Of a DNA stretch of 64,000 nucleotides, positions 1-10,794 are shown piece by piece. The position numbers were made by a program, and so were the translations under genes. The first letter of the stretch is position 1; each line of letters begins with the position of its first letter. The stretch is from Spirochaetota bacterium (GTDB taxonomy: Bacteria > Spirochaetota > UBA4802 > JAFGDQ01), in assembly GCA_043803405.1 (NCBI GenBank), contig JAZDKB010000023.1:12863-76862 (forward strand), given 5' to 3'. A model generated the notes under the pieces. The model had not been told where the DNA came from and did not search any database. It saw only the letters and a list, made by a program, of their open reading frames with translations.

Positions 1-799
1 GATGCTTAATATATTCGATAACAGGTTTGCAGGCAGCTATAAATCCGCCGAGCGATGCGAAACTTTTGCTGAATGTGCCCATAATCATATCCGCTTTGTC
101 GTTCAGCCCGAATGATTGTGCTGTGCCCCGGCCGTTTCCGAGCACTCCAAGCCCGTGAGCGTCATCTATCATTATGCGCGCGTTGTATTTTGAAGCTATT
201 CTCGCAAGGTCGGGCAGGTTTACGATGTCCCCCATCATGCTGAAAACGCCGTCTGTTACGATCAGCTTTCCGTAATCTGCAGGAAGCTTAGAAAGCTTAT
301 TTTCGATATCCTTCATGTCGTTATGCCTGTATTTAACCACAGCATCCCTGCCTATTGTCCCCTTAACTATAAGAGCGCCCTGGAATATACTGGAGTGATT
401 TTCCTTGTCGCAAAGCAGAACATCCTTTCGTCCCATAAGCGGCGTTATGGCTCCCTGGTTTGTCTGAAAGCCTGTGCTGAAAAGCAACGCCGCTTCCTTG
501 CCTAGGAAAGCCGCAAGCATTTCCTCAAGTTCAGTATGAATATCGTAACTCCCGTTTAAAAGCCTGGAGCCGGAACAGCCTGTACCGTATCTTGTTATTG
601 CCTGCCTGGCTGCTTCCTTTACGCGCGCGTCGTCCGTAAGCCCCAGATAGTTATTTGAGCCTGCCATAATTACTTTTTTGCCGGCCATTGTCACCACCGG
701 CCCCTGGTTCTCGGATATGCCGCAAAAATACGGGTAACAGCCCATATCCCTTAATTCCTTGTGACGCGCGAAATCTATGCATTTATTAAATATATCCAT
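1..799 (-). CDS. spt: Alpha-oxoamine synthase family PLP enzyme, probable serine palmitoyltransferase (runs off the left edge)
   Basis: Not in the ORF track; manual translation gives MDIFNKC...GSNNYLGL...[10 protein letters not shown]...DGVFSM...DDAHG...GTFSKS (PLP lysine). Neighbours are KDSR-like and bCerS-like genes. Confidence 0.8.
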   Translation of the reverse strand, partial: MDIFNKCIDFARHKELRDMGCYPYFCGISENQGPVVTMAGKKVIMAGSNNYLGLTDDARVKEAARQAITRYGTGCSGSRLLNGSYDIHTELEEMLAAFLGKEAALLFSTGFQTNQGAITPLMGRKDVLLCDKENHSSIFQGALIVKGTIGRDAVVKYRHNDMKDIENKLSKLPADYGKLIVTDGVFSMMGDIVNLPDLARIASKYNARIMIDDAHGLGVLGNGRGTAQSFGLNDKADMIMGTFSKSFASLGGFIAACKPVIEYIKH

Positions 800-879
800 C
801 GGATTTTACCTTGCTTTCTCGGCACAGAAGTCGAGTTATTAAAAAATATTATGACAATCTGCCATATTTTACTTTCAGC

Positions 880-1704
880 TTAAGCTTTTTTTGATAATGA
901 TTTGTTGATTATATGATCCATTATTGGCGGCGTTAGCCGTTTAATAAGGTAAGAAAGTTTTACCTTAAATCCCGGCAGAATAATGAATTGATTTTTTTTA
1001 ATGCCTTTAAGCAGCTTACGGGCAATATATTGAGGCTTTAAAGGTTTTATGTTGCCGGATATAAGCCTTGTTTCTTCAGGTTTCATTAAGTTCTCGGCAT
1101 GAAAACCCGGCGTATCGGTATCGGGCGGGCATAGAACCGACACCCGTATGCCATACTGCTTTACTTCGCTTCTTAATGCTTCGGAAAATCCCATCATGGC
1201 GAATTTGGAAGCGCAGTAATCCGTGTAACCGAATAATCCAAGATATCCTCCCATAGATGACGTATTCACTATATGGCCGCCTTTTTTTTTCATAGCCGGG
1301 AGAAGAGCTGATATGATGTTCCATATCCCGAAAAAGTTCACTTTAAAGGTCTCTTCCAGTTGATGAAATGTAATATTCTCAAAATAATCGGGCAGGGCGC
1401 GCCCTGCGCAGTTTATCAGCAAATCAGGAGCCCCGAATTTAGCTGTCGCCTTTTTCATTACTTTTTTTATCTGAGCGATATCGGTCACATCAAGCTGTAT
1501 GGAAGATACGCGGTTGCTCACAGGGCTTTTCATCCTTCTAATTTCGTTTTCCGCATAAGTTAGCAAACTTTGATTTCTCGCAAAAATAATAACATCAGCT
1601 CCCTTCGATGCCAGCAGCATGGATGCTGCCAGGCCTATTCCGCTTGAACCTCCTGTGACAAACGCCGTTTTTCCGATAAATGAATTCATATATTGATAAA
1701 TCAA
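880..1704 (-). CDS. SDR oxidoreductase, 3-ketodihydrosphingosine reductase (KDSR)-like; ATG at 1689 is an alternative start
   Basis: TGGSSGIG, YCASK, and PPDTDTPGFHAENLMKPEETRLIS, which matches the KDSR/FVT1 signature as recalled. Confidence 0.8.
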   Translation of the reverse strand: MIYQYMNSFIGKTAFVTGGSSGIGLAASMLLASKGADVIIFARNQSLLTYAENEIRRMKSPVSNRVSSIQLDVTDIAQIKKVMKKATAKFGAPDLLINCAGRALPDYFENITFHQLEETFKVNFFGIWNIISALLPAMKKKGGHIVNTSSMGGYLGLFGYTDYCASKFAMMGFSEALRSEVKQYGIRVSVLCPPDTDTPGFHAENLMKPEETRLISGNIKPLKPQYIARKLLKGIKKNQFIILPGFKVKLSYLIKRLTPPIMDHIINKSLSKKA

Positions 1705-1705
1705 T

Positions 1706-1747
1706 TAAGAACCTGTTTCGTTATTAATCCGCCTAAACAGGTGCTTA
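1706..1747. repeat. Short inverted repeat, possibly a collapsed IS-end remnant
   Basis: TAAGAACCTGTTT (1706-1718) / AAACAGGTGCTTA (1735-1747), one mismatch. Confidence 0.4.
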
Positions 1748-1941
1748 CTGATAGAACGCTAATTTAACGACTGATCTATTGATCAGGCTGTAAATAACCG
1801 GTTTTTTAATCGTAAAATATCATGGATGATGATAAAATATTTATTTGGGAATTATAAATATTATGTTTAATAATTAAATATGCTTTGGGTCGTAGTATTA
1901 ATACGATTTCGCTATGGGTTAGACACAAGAGGATGGATCAA

Positions 1942-3099
1942 TCAGCCTATTTTTTTCTCATATAATCTGTAAGTTTTGTATATTTCGCACTTTAAACGTT
2001 TTAACGCGTTTAATAATCTTGTATTGGTTTCAACGACCATGCAGCAATCCGATGATTCATAACCCATTGTCGTTCCGGTCTCAATGGTTTTTAAATAAAA
2101 TACGGTATCGATCATTTTTCTGCGATGTTCCGGTAAAACTCCCATAATTATTGTGCGCAGCCTGTTTGTGGATTTTATCATTTTAAGGACTTTAGGCAGC
2201 TGCCATGGGTACATCCTTCCGTTTAAATATTTCATCGCCGGGCTTGTATCAGGTATGGACACTATAAAGCCGACTGTTTCCCCGTCCTTTTCGGCGAAAA
2301 TAGTAAGCTCAGGGATGATGATCATTGATAATTCTTTAAAAAGTTCGTCAAACTGCCTGTCAGTTAAAGGCAGGTGCCCCCAGTTGCTTTCCCATGCCTT
2401 GTTGAATATTGTTTTTATATCCTGTGCCCGTGTTTTTATCTCGCTTTTTTTTAATGTGGTAAAAGTAACATCTATCTTTTCCATAAGACTGTTCCGGACA
2501 CGGTCAAGGAAGGGTTTGTAGTCTTCTATGTCTTTTACCAGCACGCAATGCCAGTCCGCGCATTTAATGAACCCGCAGGCTGAAACAAAATCCTTGTAAT
2601 AGGGAGCGTAATGACCCAGGCCTGTTACAGGAAGAACGTTTTCGCCGTGAACTTCGAATCCTATCTGGTCATATATGGAAAAGTTCTGCGGGCCGTTTAT
2701 TTTGCTTTTCCCTCTGGATAACAGCCAGTCTTCAGCTGCGGTAAAAAGCGCTCGCGCAACATCAATATCATTAATTGATTCGAAAAATCCGAAAAAACCC
2801 GTTTCCTTGTCGTATTTTTCTTCGTATAATCTGTTGATATGCGCAGAAATTCTTCCTGATGGCTTTCCGTTTTTATAAGCAAGGAAATATACGGCTTCGC
2901 CGATTTCGAAAAAATATCCTTTCTTAGGATCGAGAAATTTTTTCTGTTCTTTGATGATGGGCGGGACCCATGCAGGGTCATTTTCATAAAGACCGGCAGA
3001 CCACGGCAGCATTATGAATTCTTTCAGCATCGATTTTGTGGTAACCTTCTTTACCGTTACGGTTCCCGTATTCCGGATTTTTAAATTATTCTCAAACAT
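1942..3099 (-). CDS. GNAT-fold acyltransferase, YghO/bacterial ceramide synthase (bCerS)-like
   Basis: DPAWVPP...GRISAHIN...GFFGFFES...FNKAWESNWGH...MGVLPEHR motifs; lies beside an spt-like gene. Confidence 0.75.
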   Translation of the reverse strand: MFENNLKIRNTGTVTVKKVTTKSMLKEFIMLPWSAGLYENDPAWVPPIIKEQKKFLDPKKGYFFEIGEAVYFLAYKNGKPSGRISAHINRLYEEKYDKETGFFGFFESINDIDVARALFTAAEDWLLSRGKSKINGPQNFSIYDQIGFEVHGENVLPVTGLGHYAPYYKDFVSACGFIKCADWHCVLVKDIEDYKPFLDRVRNSLMEKIDVTFTTLKKSEIKTRAQDIKTIFNKAWESNWGHLPLTDRQFDELFKELSMIIIPELTIFAEKDGETVGFIVSIPDTSPAMKYLNGRMYPWQLPKVLKMIKSTNRLRTIIMGVLPEHRRKMIDTVFYLKTIETGTTMGYESSDCCMVVETNTRLLNALKRLKCEIYKTYRLYEKKIG

Positions 3100-3240
3100 A
3101 TTAATCCTTTTATTGTTTTTACTCTTAAATTATTATTTTCTGTAAAATTTCTTCTTTCATGTGGAGTGTTCGCACCGCGAAGCAGCCTTTTTTTCTTCCG
3201 GTTTTCAATTGTGCTGTGTATAAGTTTAACATGCATTCTT

Positions 3241-5151
3241 TTAGCGCGAGTCACCTCTGTTTTTGCCTGGCTGTATTTTAAATATTTGTACATCAAAATA
3301 GCCCAGTCCTATAGTTTTAAAAAGACTATCGGGATTAAAATATTGCTTATAATGAGTGAAAATATTTTTTTCAAAAGTAGTTCCCGGGCTTACTGCAAAA
3401 TATACAGGCGCGTCATTTTTATATACGGATAGGCTGCCTTTTTTGTCCGCTGAAACAGGGATTTCTTTTCCGTGGATCAGGTCTTCAAGCAAAGAAGCAT
3501 TGTATCTTAAATCCTTCTGAACTATAATGGCCGGGTTTTTGCTCTCAATGACGAGTCCGGCCGACCAGCTGCCTGCCACAACGGCATTGGGTTCAATCTC
3601 CATGCTCAGCTCTTTTGATATGTTTATCATTTTGTTCTCATGGAATAGCGCCCATTTGCCATATTGAAAAAGCTGTATTATCAAAATAAGTATAATGAGC
3701 GCATAAGGCAGCCTGCTGTAACTTAAAATTTTACGCATGTATTTCTTTTTAAAAATTATATAAATAAGACATGCTGCTGAAATAAAAACGCAGCCGCATA
3801 TAAGTATCAACAGGTAATCCGGGAAACCGGACTCCGCTTCCCTATATATCCAGTGCATTAATGCTTTTTTTGATTTGAATGGAACGACTTGAAATGCCAA
3901 AGTAATTATGACATACACAGACGCGAGTACTGATGTTGCCAGCTTGAAAATACCGAACAGCTTACCCTGTTTATTTAAAATAAAAAGTTTTAATTCATCG
4001 TCTTTTAAGCATGTAACTGACCGGCTGCACAGTATTACGAGCGGTATGCTGATGAGCATATAATAACGGGAAGGATGATATTCCAGCAGGGTCAGCATCA
4101 GGAAGCCGAATATGAGCCACGAGGACAGTATAAAGTCCGTGTTTTTTATTTTTGGATCATTCAAATATTTTTGAAAGGAATAAATCGCATAAATAATTGC
4201 AGTAAAAAAAGTTAAAGGCTGCAGAAAGACAGCTTCAATGAACAGGGCTTTGCCAATCATCAAATAAATAGGATCAAAATCAGGGAATATTTCAATGAGC
4301 GCACTTATAAAAGAGATCTTATTAAGTATTCCTTTATCGAATAATGAATCTACTAATTTGATATGGGCGAAAATAATATAAAATATCCCGAAAATAAGCA
4401 ATATCCTGCTGAATTGTTTTTTCAGTTTTTTAGAACTGTAATGAAAATATTTATTTAAAAATATTATTATCAGGCAGGGTAAAACCGCTGCAACAGCCAG
4501 CAATACGGATTTTTTTATGAAAAAAGCTGAAGCCAGCGTCAGGGTTCCGGTTAAAATAAGAATTATTCTACGGAAAAGAATTTTATTTGTGAGGGATTTT
4601 TTTGAATCCGTATTATCCCTGAAATCTGCAAATGCTTCAGTGAATGCGAAGAGGGCAGCCATTAAATAAAAGTTAAGATGCGTTTCATAAAAACCAATCC
4701 TGTTGTACATTATTAGAAAATAATTCGCAGCATATAGAACCGAAGATAAATTAGCGCAATCTTTACCATAATTTCTCTTAATAAAAAAGTACAACAGCAG
4801 AAGCGTAAACATGGAATAAATAACAGACAATATCCGTATCGAAAAAAAATTTACACCAAGAAGTTTAAAAACAAGCGCGTATGTGTATACTGAAAGCGGG
4901 CTTTGATTCTTCCAGCCAGGATACTCGTCCAGGGGCGTCCATTTCCAGTCCCCAAAAAGTTCAAGGTTCCTTGGCTCGTAGATTTTAAATCCTTCGTCCG
5001 TATATAATGCTGCGGAAAAGCTCATGTCCCCAGGCGGATCTGCATTGATAAAAGCGGTTCTCATCAATGCCGCGATTAAAATTATCGCGAAAATAATATA
5101 AATTTTTTTAAAATATATATTATTAAATATTTTTTCATATAAGGCAGGCAT
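3241..5151 (-). CDS. ArnT/PMT-like (GT-C) multipass membrane glycosyltransferase
   Basis: Early TM followed by a DEG motif, P(L)S..Y, many TM helices, RY motif; 636 aa. Confidence 0.7.
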   Translation of the reverse strand: MPALYEKIFNNIYFKKIYIIFAIILIAALMRTAFINADPPGDMSFSAALYTDEGFKIYEPRNLELFGDWKWTPLDEYPGWKNQSPLSVYTYALVFKLLGVNFFSIRILSVIYSMFTLLLLYFFIKRNYGKDCANLSSVLYAANYFLIMYNRIGFYETHLNFYLMAALFAFTEAFADFRDNTDSKKSLTNKILFRRIILILTGTLTLASAFFIKKSVLLAVAAVLPCLIIIFLNKYFHYSSKKLKKQFSRILLIFGIFYIIFAHIKLVDSLFDKGILNKISFISALIEIFPDFDPIYLMIGKALFIEAVFLQPLTFFTAIIYAIYSFQKYLNDPKIKNTDFILSSWLIFGFLMLTLLEYHPSRYYMLISIPLVILCSRSVTCLKDDELKLFILNKQGKLFGIFKLATSVLASVYVIITLAFQVVPFKSKKALMHWIYREAESGFPDYLLILICGCVFISAACLIYIIFKKKYMRKILSYSRLPYALIILILIIQLFQYGKWALFHENKMINISKELSMEIEPNAVVAGSWSAGLVIESKNPAIIVQKDLRYNASLLEDLIHGKEIPVSADKKGSLSVYKNDAPVYFAVSPGTTFEKNIFTHYKQYFNPDSLFKTIGLGYFDVQIFKIQPGKNRGDSR

Positions 5152-5210
5152 ATAGATTTTATCAGCTCTTTCAGGAATATTAATTGATTAACGATTTTAT
5201 ATTTGCCGGG

Positions 5211-6467
5211 TTATGCGCTTATTGAAAGAGCATCCGCTTCGGTTACATGCTCGCTTCGCAGATTTTTCTTTTCGGTATTTTCTTTGAAAACTTTTATATA
5301 CTCTTTAACCATTTTGTCCCAGGAATAGTTATCGTTGGTGAATTTTTTTGCCTGCTCGCCGAACTTTCTGAACGAGACAGGGTCGGATAACGATTTGGTG
5401 ATAAAGTTTATCCACGCATCTGCGTTGCCGGGCTCCAGCAGAAATCCGTTCCTGCCATTTACGATCGCGTCAGTTATACCTTCCAGTTTAGAAGCGGCAA
5501 CAGGCAGACCGCATACTGCTGCTTCAAGTGCCACAAGCCCGAAACCCTCAGCGTCGCCGCTGACTTTTATGTTCGGCATAACAAACAAATCCGAGTGATG
5601 GAGAATCTGTATCATTGAATCAAAGCCCTGTATACCAAGAAAAAATACCCTTTTTTCGAGGTTTCTTCTTTTAATGGCATCGATTATTTTCGGCTTGTCT
5701 TCTTCAACAGCAAATAAAGATCTGATCTGCCGCGACAGGGATGGAGGTATATATTTCAGAATTGAATGAAGTTTTGAATTATTATGATTTTCAGCTCCTA
5801 TTATCAGGTAAATAATTTCATCATCAAGCACAGTCATTACATTTTCAACAAACCATGAAAAGCCTTTGCGGGTTACAGCCCTCCCTATTGAGACCAGTAT
5901 TTTTTTTTCTTTAAGTGAGATGCCTAGCTGATTCTCCAGTTTTTTTCTGAAATCATCCTGCCTGGCAATATTACCTATATTGCCCTCAACGCCGTTGCGG
6001 ATTGTGAATATTTTTTCAGGATCCATCCCTCTTTTTATGCATTCGATCGCTGTGGAACTGCTCACAGGGATAAGGCCGTCAAAGTTTTTAAATTTGCTCA
6101 CAATATATTTTTGAAAGAGTTTATTAGGGAAAACCACATCAAGACCGTGCAAAGTTACGAATATGGGGATGTCGGTTATTTTCTTTAATAATAAACCCAC
6201 TACAGCCATTAAACCGTCATTTAAATGTATAAAGGAGATGCCGGGATTATCTCTTAATATTTTTTTTACGTTTGGTATTACGGAAAAAAAGAATTTTATC
6301 CTGCTTGTTCTTCCATCGTATATTATTCGTTTTACGTTATATTCCTGCGATATTCCTTCTATCAGTTCATAGCTTTGTTTTTCCATTCCGCCTATTGAAG
6401 GCGGGTATTTATGAGTTATAAATAGTGGCTGCATTTGCGTAACCTTCGGATTCATTTTCTTTTTCAT
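5211..6467 (-). CDS. GT4 glycosyltransferase (start may be 6434)
   Basis: YPPSIGGME N-terminus, GRAVTRKG, EGFGLVALEA. Confidence 0.9.
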   Translation of the reverse strand: MKKKMNPKVTQMQPLFITHKYPPSIGGMEKQSYELIEGISQEYNVKRIIYDGRTSRIKFFFSVIPNVKKILRDNPGISFIHLNDGLMAVVGLLLKKITDIPIFVTLHGLDVVFPNKLFQKYIVSKFKNFDGLIPVSSSTAIECIKRGMDPEKIFTIRNGVEGNIGNIARQDDFRKKLENQLGISLKEKKILVSIGRAVTRKGFSWFVENVMTVLDDEIIYLIIGAENHNNSKLHSILKYIPPSLSRQIRSLFAVEEDKPKIIDAIKRRNLEKRVFFLGIQGFDSMIQILHHSDLFVMPNIKVSGDAEGFGLVALEAAVCGLPVAASKLEGITDAIVNGRNGFLLEPGNADAWINFITKSLSDPVSFRKFGEQAKKFTNDNYSWDKMVKEYIKVFKENTEKKNLRSEHVTEADALSISA

Positions 6468-7503
6468 CTTTTATCTTTAAATTGTGTAACCTTGTAATCA
6501 GTATAAACGGTATCATCCCTAAAAGTATCCAGAATATCTGCCGCGCTCTTTTTATTATTGATACAACGACCCACGCGTATGGTTCGCTGATGTTCGCGAG
6601 CTGGAGCATAAGCTTGTTGGCGTATTCTTCTACGCCGATCTGCCCGGGCACAAAAGAGCCAAGGCTTTTGAATACCATAACGCCGATTTCAATTCCTATG
6701 CATTCAATGAACGATATCCTGATCTTTATGAAATACAGGATCAGGTAAAATTCCGCTGCTCCCGCAATGCGGTGGAAAAGTGAAAGGAAATACGCTGCCC
6801 AGTATTTTGTTTTTTTTTCGTTGTAAAACGCGTTAAGGCATTCGTTTGCTTCGCAAAGTCTGGTATGCGCGTTTGTCATCCATGTCCATTTAAAACCGGA
6901 AATAAGCCTGCAAACCGGATACAGAATCCCTTTTTGATTTTTGAAAAAATAGAACGATATAAGCATAAGTAAAATACTGATAACCGAAATCGCGGTTATA
7001 GTTATAAATGAAGGGAAAAAGTCGAAATATTCGAAAAATATGACAAAAAAAATGACTATCAAATGCAGGCCGGAAATGATTATAAGGAACCTGGACATTG
7101 TTATTGAGCTCAGGCTTTCTGCCGTGGATAATCCGTGTTTTTTCAGGTAATAAAGCTTTAATGTGTCGCCTGCGAGCACATTTGCGGGATTTATCTGCGC
7201 AAAGCTTTCCCCGATTAGCCGTACAAAGAACAATTTAAATACGCTTATTTTATGTTCCGATTCGTGCAGGCACAGTTTCCATGCTATTGAAGCCAGGAAG
7301 TAAGAAAATCCCGTAACGGCTATGATGAACGCGAAACGCCAGTTGATCCTCAGCATTTGTTTTGAGATATTTTCAAGCTCGGAATTGGCTATGAATAAGC
7401 AGACCATCAAAAGGCCGAAACCCAGAAATAATATCTTGAGCAGGCGGGAATTTTTAATTGTGAATATCGGAATTTTACTTTGTTTTTGCTTCATATTGTC
7501 CAT
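6409..7503 (-). CDS. LPG_synthase_TM family flippase-like membrane protein
   Basis: GESFAQINPANVLAGD and VPGQIGVEE motifs, multiple TMs. Confidence 0.8.
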   Translation of the reverse strand: MDNMKQKQSKIPIFTIKNSRLLKILFLGFGLLMVCLFIANSELENISKQMLRINWRFAFIIAVTGFSYFLASIAWKLCLHESEHKISVFKLFFVRLIGESFAQINPANVLAGDTLKLYYLKKHGLSTAESLSSITMSRFLIIISGLHLIVIFFVIFFEYFDFFPSFITITAISVISILLMLISFYFFKNQKGILYPVCRLISGFKWTWMTNAHTRLCEANECLNAFYNEKKTKYWAAYFLSLFHRIAGAAEFYLILYFIKIRISFIECIGIEIGVMVFKSLGSFVPGQIGVEEYANKLMLQLANISEPYAWVVVSIIKRARQIFWILLGMIPFILITRLHNLKIKDEKENESEGYANAATIYNS

Positions 7504-8710
7504 GCGTATAATTCCCGGTCAGCTTGCCGTAGTAGTTCAGCAAATCTTCGGACAGGAACTCCCATCTTTGTTTAAGAGCATATACCCTTGCATTTTTAAC
7601 GATTTTCCTTGCGCGTTCCGGATTATTCAGCAGGTATAGTATTTTTGAACAGAAATCGGCGGCATTTTCCGGCTGAGCGAGCAAGCCTGTTTTCATGTTT
7701 TCTATTATCCCCAAAGGCCCGCCTTTGGCAGCTGCAACGACAGGCAGGCCGGAAGACATTGCTTCAAGGACAACATTTCCGAAAGTCTCGGTAATGGAAG
7801 GGAAAACAAAAATATCGCTGGAAGCGTAAATCCTGGCAAGGTCGTCTTTGATGAGATTCCCGGTAAAAACAGCTCCGGGCATCTTCTTCTTCAGATAGTT
7901 TAGCTTCGGCCCGTCGCCTGTAACGACCAGTACGACATCATTTCTTTCTTTCTTCAGGTAATTATTTATTTCGATAAGGGTTTTTAAGTCTTTTTCCATA
8001 ACAATGCGGCTAACGAATAAAATACTTTTTTTATCTTTGCCGGTGATGCCTTCCATATATCCTGTATCCCGTTTTGCTGGATTATATAACGAGTAATCCA
8101 CACCTCTTCCCCAGATAAAAAGACGCTTTTCATCAATACCGGCGTCAACCATTTCATCTCTAATAGGACGCGTGGGCACTAGGGCGGCATCGCATTGATT
8201 ATAAAACCACAAAATTATTTTCCATACAATAGTTTGAATAAAAGCACTCAACATGAAAGAAAATCTGAAATAATATTTTATATATGCCGCAAAATGAGTG
8301 TGATATGTGCCTATGAGCGGGAGATTATTGAATTTCGCGTATTGTACCGCATACTTTCCGAGAAACGACGGCGTTGTAAAATGGATTAAATCCGGGCTGA
8401 AATTATCGATTTCCTGCTTCAGCGTTTTCGATATTTGCGGCAGGCCAAGACGGTATGTCTTGTTCAAAGGAAAAGTGATATAAGGACACTGTAAAACTTT
8501 ATATCCGAATGAATTCTCCGGCGGATACGGAGTAATAAAAAGAAATTCATAATTACTTCCTTTAATATGTCTAAGGAAGTTAAATATGGTATTGCTTACA
8601 CCGTCAATGTTTTCTTTCAGCACATCGGTAAACATTGCGACTTTAATTTTTTTGTTCTTTGTGTTACTTGTTTTTATAGAGTCAATATTTAATATATTTC
8701 TGATAAACAT
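7475..8710 (-). CDS. GT4 glycosyltransferase, glycolipid synthase-like
   Basis: GVSNT, YHTHF, WGRGVD, ETFGNVVLEAMSSG. Confidence 0.9.
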   Translation of the reverse strand: MFIRNILNIDSIKTSNTKNKKIKVAMFTDVLKENIDGVSNTIFNFLRHIKGSNYEFLFITPYPPENSFGYKVLQCPYITFPLNKTYRLGLPQISKTLKQEIDNFSPDLIHFTTPSFLGKYAVQYAKFNNLPLIGTYHTHFAAYIKYYFRFSFMLSAFIQTIVWKIILWFYNQCDAALVPTRPIRDEMVDAGIDEKRLFIWGRGVDYSLYNPAKRDTGYMEGITGKDKKSILFVSRIVMEKDLKTLIEINNYLKKERNDVVLVVTGDGPKLNYLKKKMPGAVFTGNLIKDDLARIYASSDIFVFPSITETFGNVVLEAMSSGLPVVAAAKGGPLGIIENMKTGLLAQPENAADFCSKILYLLNNPERARKIVKNARVYALKQRWEFLSEDLLNYYGKLTGNYTHGQYEAKTK

Positions 8711-9067
8711 TATTTGCCCGTGATATTTTGTCAGTTATAAATGCCCAACATTATGCCGCCGGTATTGACGGTATTTTTGCGCTGCGGAACTTCCTCAAAG
8801 AATGTTGTTATTTATATTTAGCGTTTTATGTACAGATGGTGAGCTAATACTTTCCAGGTTAAGAAAATGTGTTGTTTTTATTAATTTTGTAAAAATAATT
8901 TAAGACAGCTTGTAAAAAGATTTATTTTTATTAAATATAATACTTATTTAAAATTTATCGGGAATGATTAACTGAATTTCACAGCGGAATGAAAGGACAC
9001 CGGATGTACGTTAAAACGCGCATATCAGATTTACGGCAACTCTATTGTAAACCGGCTGTAAAATTCA

Positions 9068-10756
9068 ATGAAAAAAAAATTAAAATATATAATATTGGTT
9101 TTGCCTTTTCTTTTTATTGCGACAGGTCTGGTTTTAAATTTAATTATTGATTTGCAAACTTATGACGGGTTCCCGCCCGAGAGATTTTCGGTAAAATATG
9201 ATGATAACGATGTTCCGGTAATCGGGAATATTTTTAAACCGAAAAATAAATATGATAAAAAATACCCTGTAATTATTTATTTTTCCGGTTTTATGGCTCA
9301 AAAGGATATTGATCCCAGAATACCTGTTGAATTCTGCAGAAGAGGCTTCCTTGTCCTGACAATAGATATACACGGGCATGGGGAAATGGACGGCTCTTTC
9401 GGCAGTTCAATTATTACGGATGTGAAAAATGCGATACGATATGTAAAGACGAATTTAAAGGAAATTGCGGATGTAAACAGGATATGCATTCTGGGGCATT
9501 CGGCAGGCGGGTACGCAGCGCTGGGAGCGGGAACATCCTCCGTTGCGGCTGCGGCAGTGTGGGCCGCGCCTTCATATTATGATGAGAAAATCATTTATAA
9601 AATGAACAGGCCCCTTAAGCTTTATAACCCGTCAGCCTCAGTGGAATACCTGAAAGAGCTGAATAAAAGCGCCCCGTATTATTCTTTAAGCAAAAATAAT
9701 TCAGACAATCTGTTAATTATTCATCATGAATCCGATCCTGTTGTTTCCATTAAACAGGCGGAATCCATACAGCGTAAAACCGGCGCCAGGCTAATAAAGA
9801 TCGGCAATGAAAAGCGGGCAGGTATATTTGCTTTTATTAATGCTCCATTGCTTAATCATTATTTGATTCACGATTCGGTTTTAATCGATACGATAAACTG
9901 GTTCGAGACAAAACTGGATTTAAAACGCGTGAAGGTTGATGAAAATTATCATTTTTTATATCTTTGCAAGTTTTACTTTATAATAATTTTTTTTACCGGA
10001 TCATTTCTCAGCGTATTCAGCCTGATTTATATTTTAAGCAATAAAAAAATCGCAGAGTCTGTTACAATAGAATCGGATAATATAAATAAATCAACCGGAT
10101 ACAAATACCAGTTTTTATCACTTTTCTCTCCTTTAATATTATTCGGCAGCCTGTTTATGTCTCACCAGTATGTCAGGTCGCTTGAAAAAATAAGATTTAA
10201 TGAATATTTTCTTGTTCCCAGTGCGATCCTTTTAGTATTTATGATTCTTTATCTCGTTTTAAATAAAATTAATATCATAAGTATTTTAGATCTGGAAGAT
10301 ATCGGTAAGTCTTTGACAATAGGCCTTTATTTTATAATAATTAATTTTCTTTTTGTATGGAATTTTAAATTCTTTGTATTATATCCCCATAAATTTTTTT
10401 ATTATTTAGTATCGTTTATTATCACTTTCCCCTGGTTTTTTTTAAGCGGACAGATTATTTTTCAATTTTCCGGCAATCGCATGCTGGAATTTGTCACAGG
10501 GAAAACAGGGATCAATCCGAACAGATTTTTAGTTTTAGGAAATGTAATTCCTGTTGTAACAGGCATAATATATTATTTAATTTTCCTTTTAATAATGCCC
10601 AAGGTAATTGCTGTTATTATAGTTGTTTTTATTCTTCTAATTCTTTTCCTGTATTCCAGTTACATGATTTACAGACGCTATTCGATAACAGGCACGGCTG
10701 TTACGAACAGTATAATAGCATCGTTCTTTTACGGGACATGTTACTGGTTTTTTTAA
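9068..10756 (+). CDS. Alpha/beta hydrolase with C-terminal multipass membrane domain
   Basis: GHGE, GHSAG nucleophile elbow, DPVV; hydrophobic C-terminal half. Confidence 0.8.
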   Translation: MKKKLKYIILVLPFLFIATGLVLNLIIDLQTYDGFPPERFSVKYDDNDVPVIGNIFKPKNKYDKKYPVIIYFSGFMAQKDIDPRIPVEFCRRGFLVLTIDIHGHGEMDGSFGSSIITDVKNAIRYVKTNLKEIADVNRICILGHSAGGYAALGAGTSSVAAAAVWAAPSYYDEKIIYKMNRPLKLYNPSASVEYLKELNKSAPYYSLSKNNSDNLLIIHHESDPVVSIKQAESIQRKTGARLIKIGNEKRAGIFAFINAPLLNHYLIHDSVLIDTINWFETKLDLKRVKVDENYHFLYLCKFYFIIIFFTGSFLSVFSLIYILSNKKIAESVTIESDNINKSTGYKYQFLSLFSPLILFGSLFMSHQYVRSLEKIRFNEYFLVPSAILLVFMILYLVLNKINIISILDLEDIGKSLTIGLYFIIINFLFVWNFKFFVLYPHKFFYYLVSFIITFPWFFLSGQIIFQFSGNRMLEFVTGKTGINPNRFLVLGNVIPVVTGIIYYLIFLLIMPKVIAVIIVVFILLILFLYSSYMIYRRYSITGTAVTNSIIASFFYGTCYWFF

Positions 10757-10794
10757 TTTGACAGCCTGACAGTATTTTTGCAGAAAAAGTTAAA

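Noticed and set aside
1..799. bioF call
   Set aside because: Same enzyme family, but no biotin genes are nearby and the KDSR/bCerS context favours Spt.
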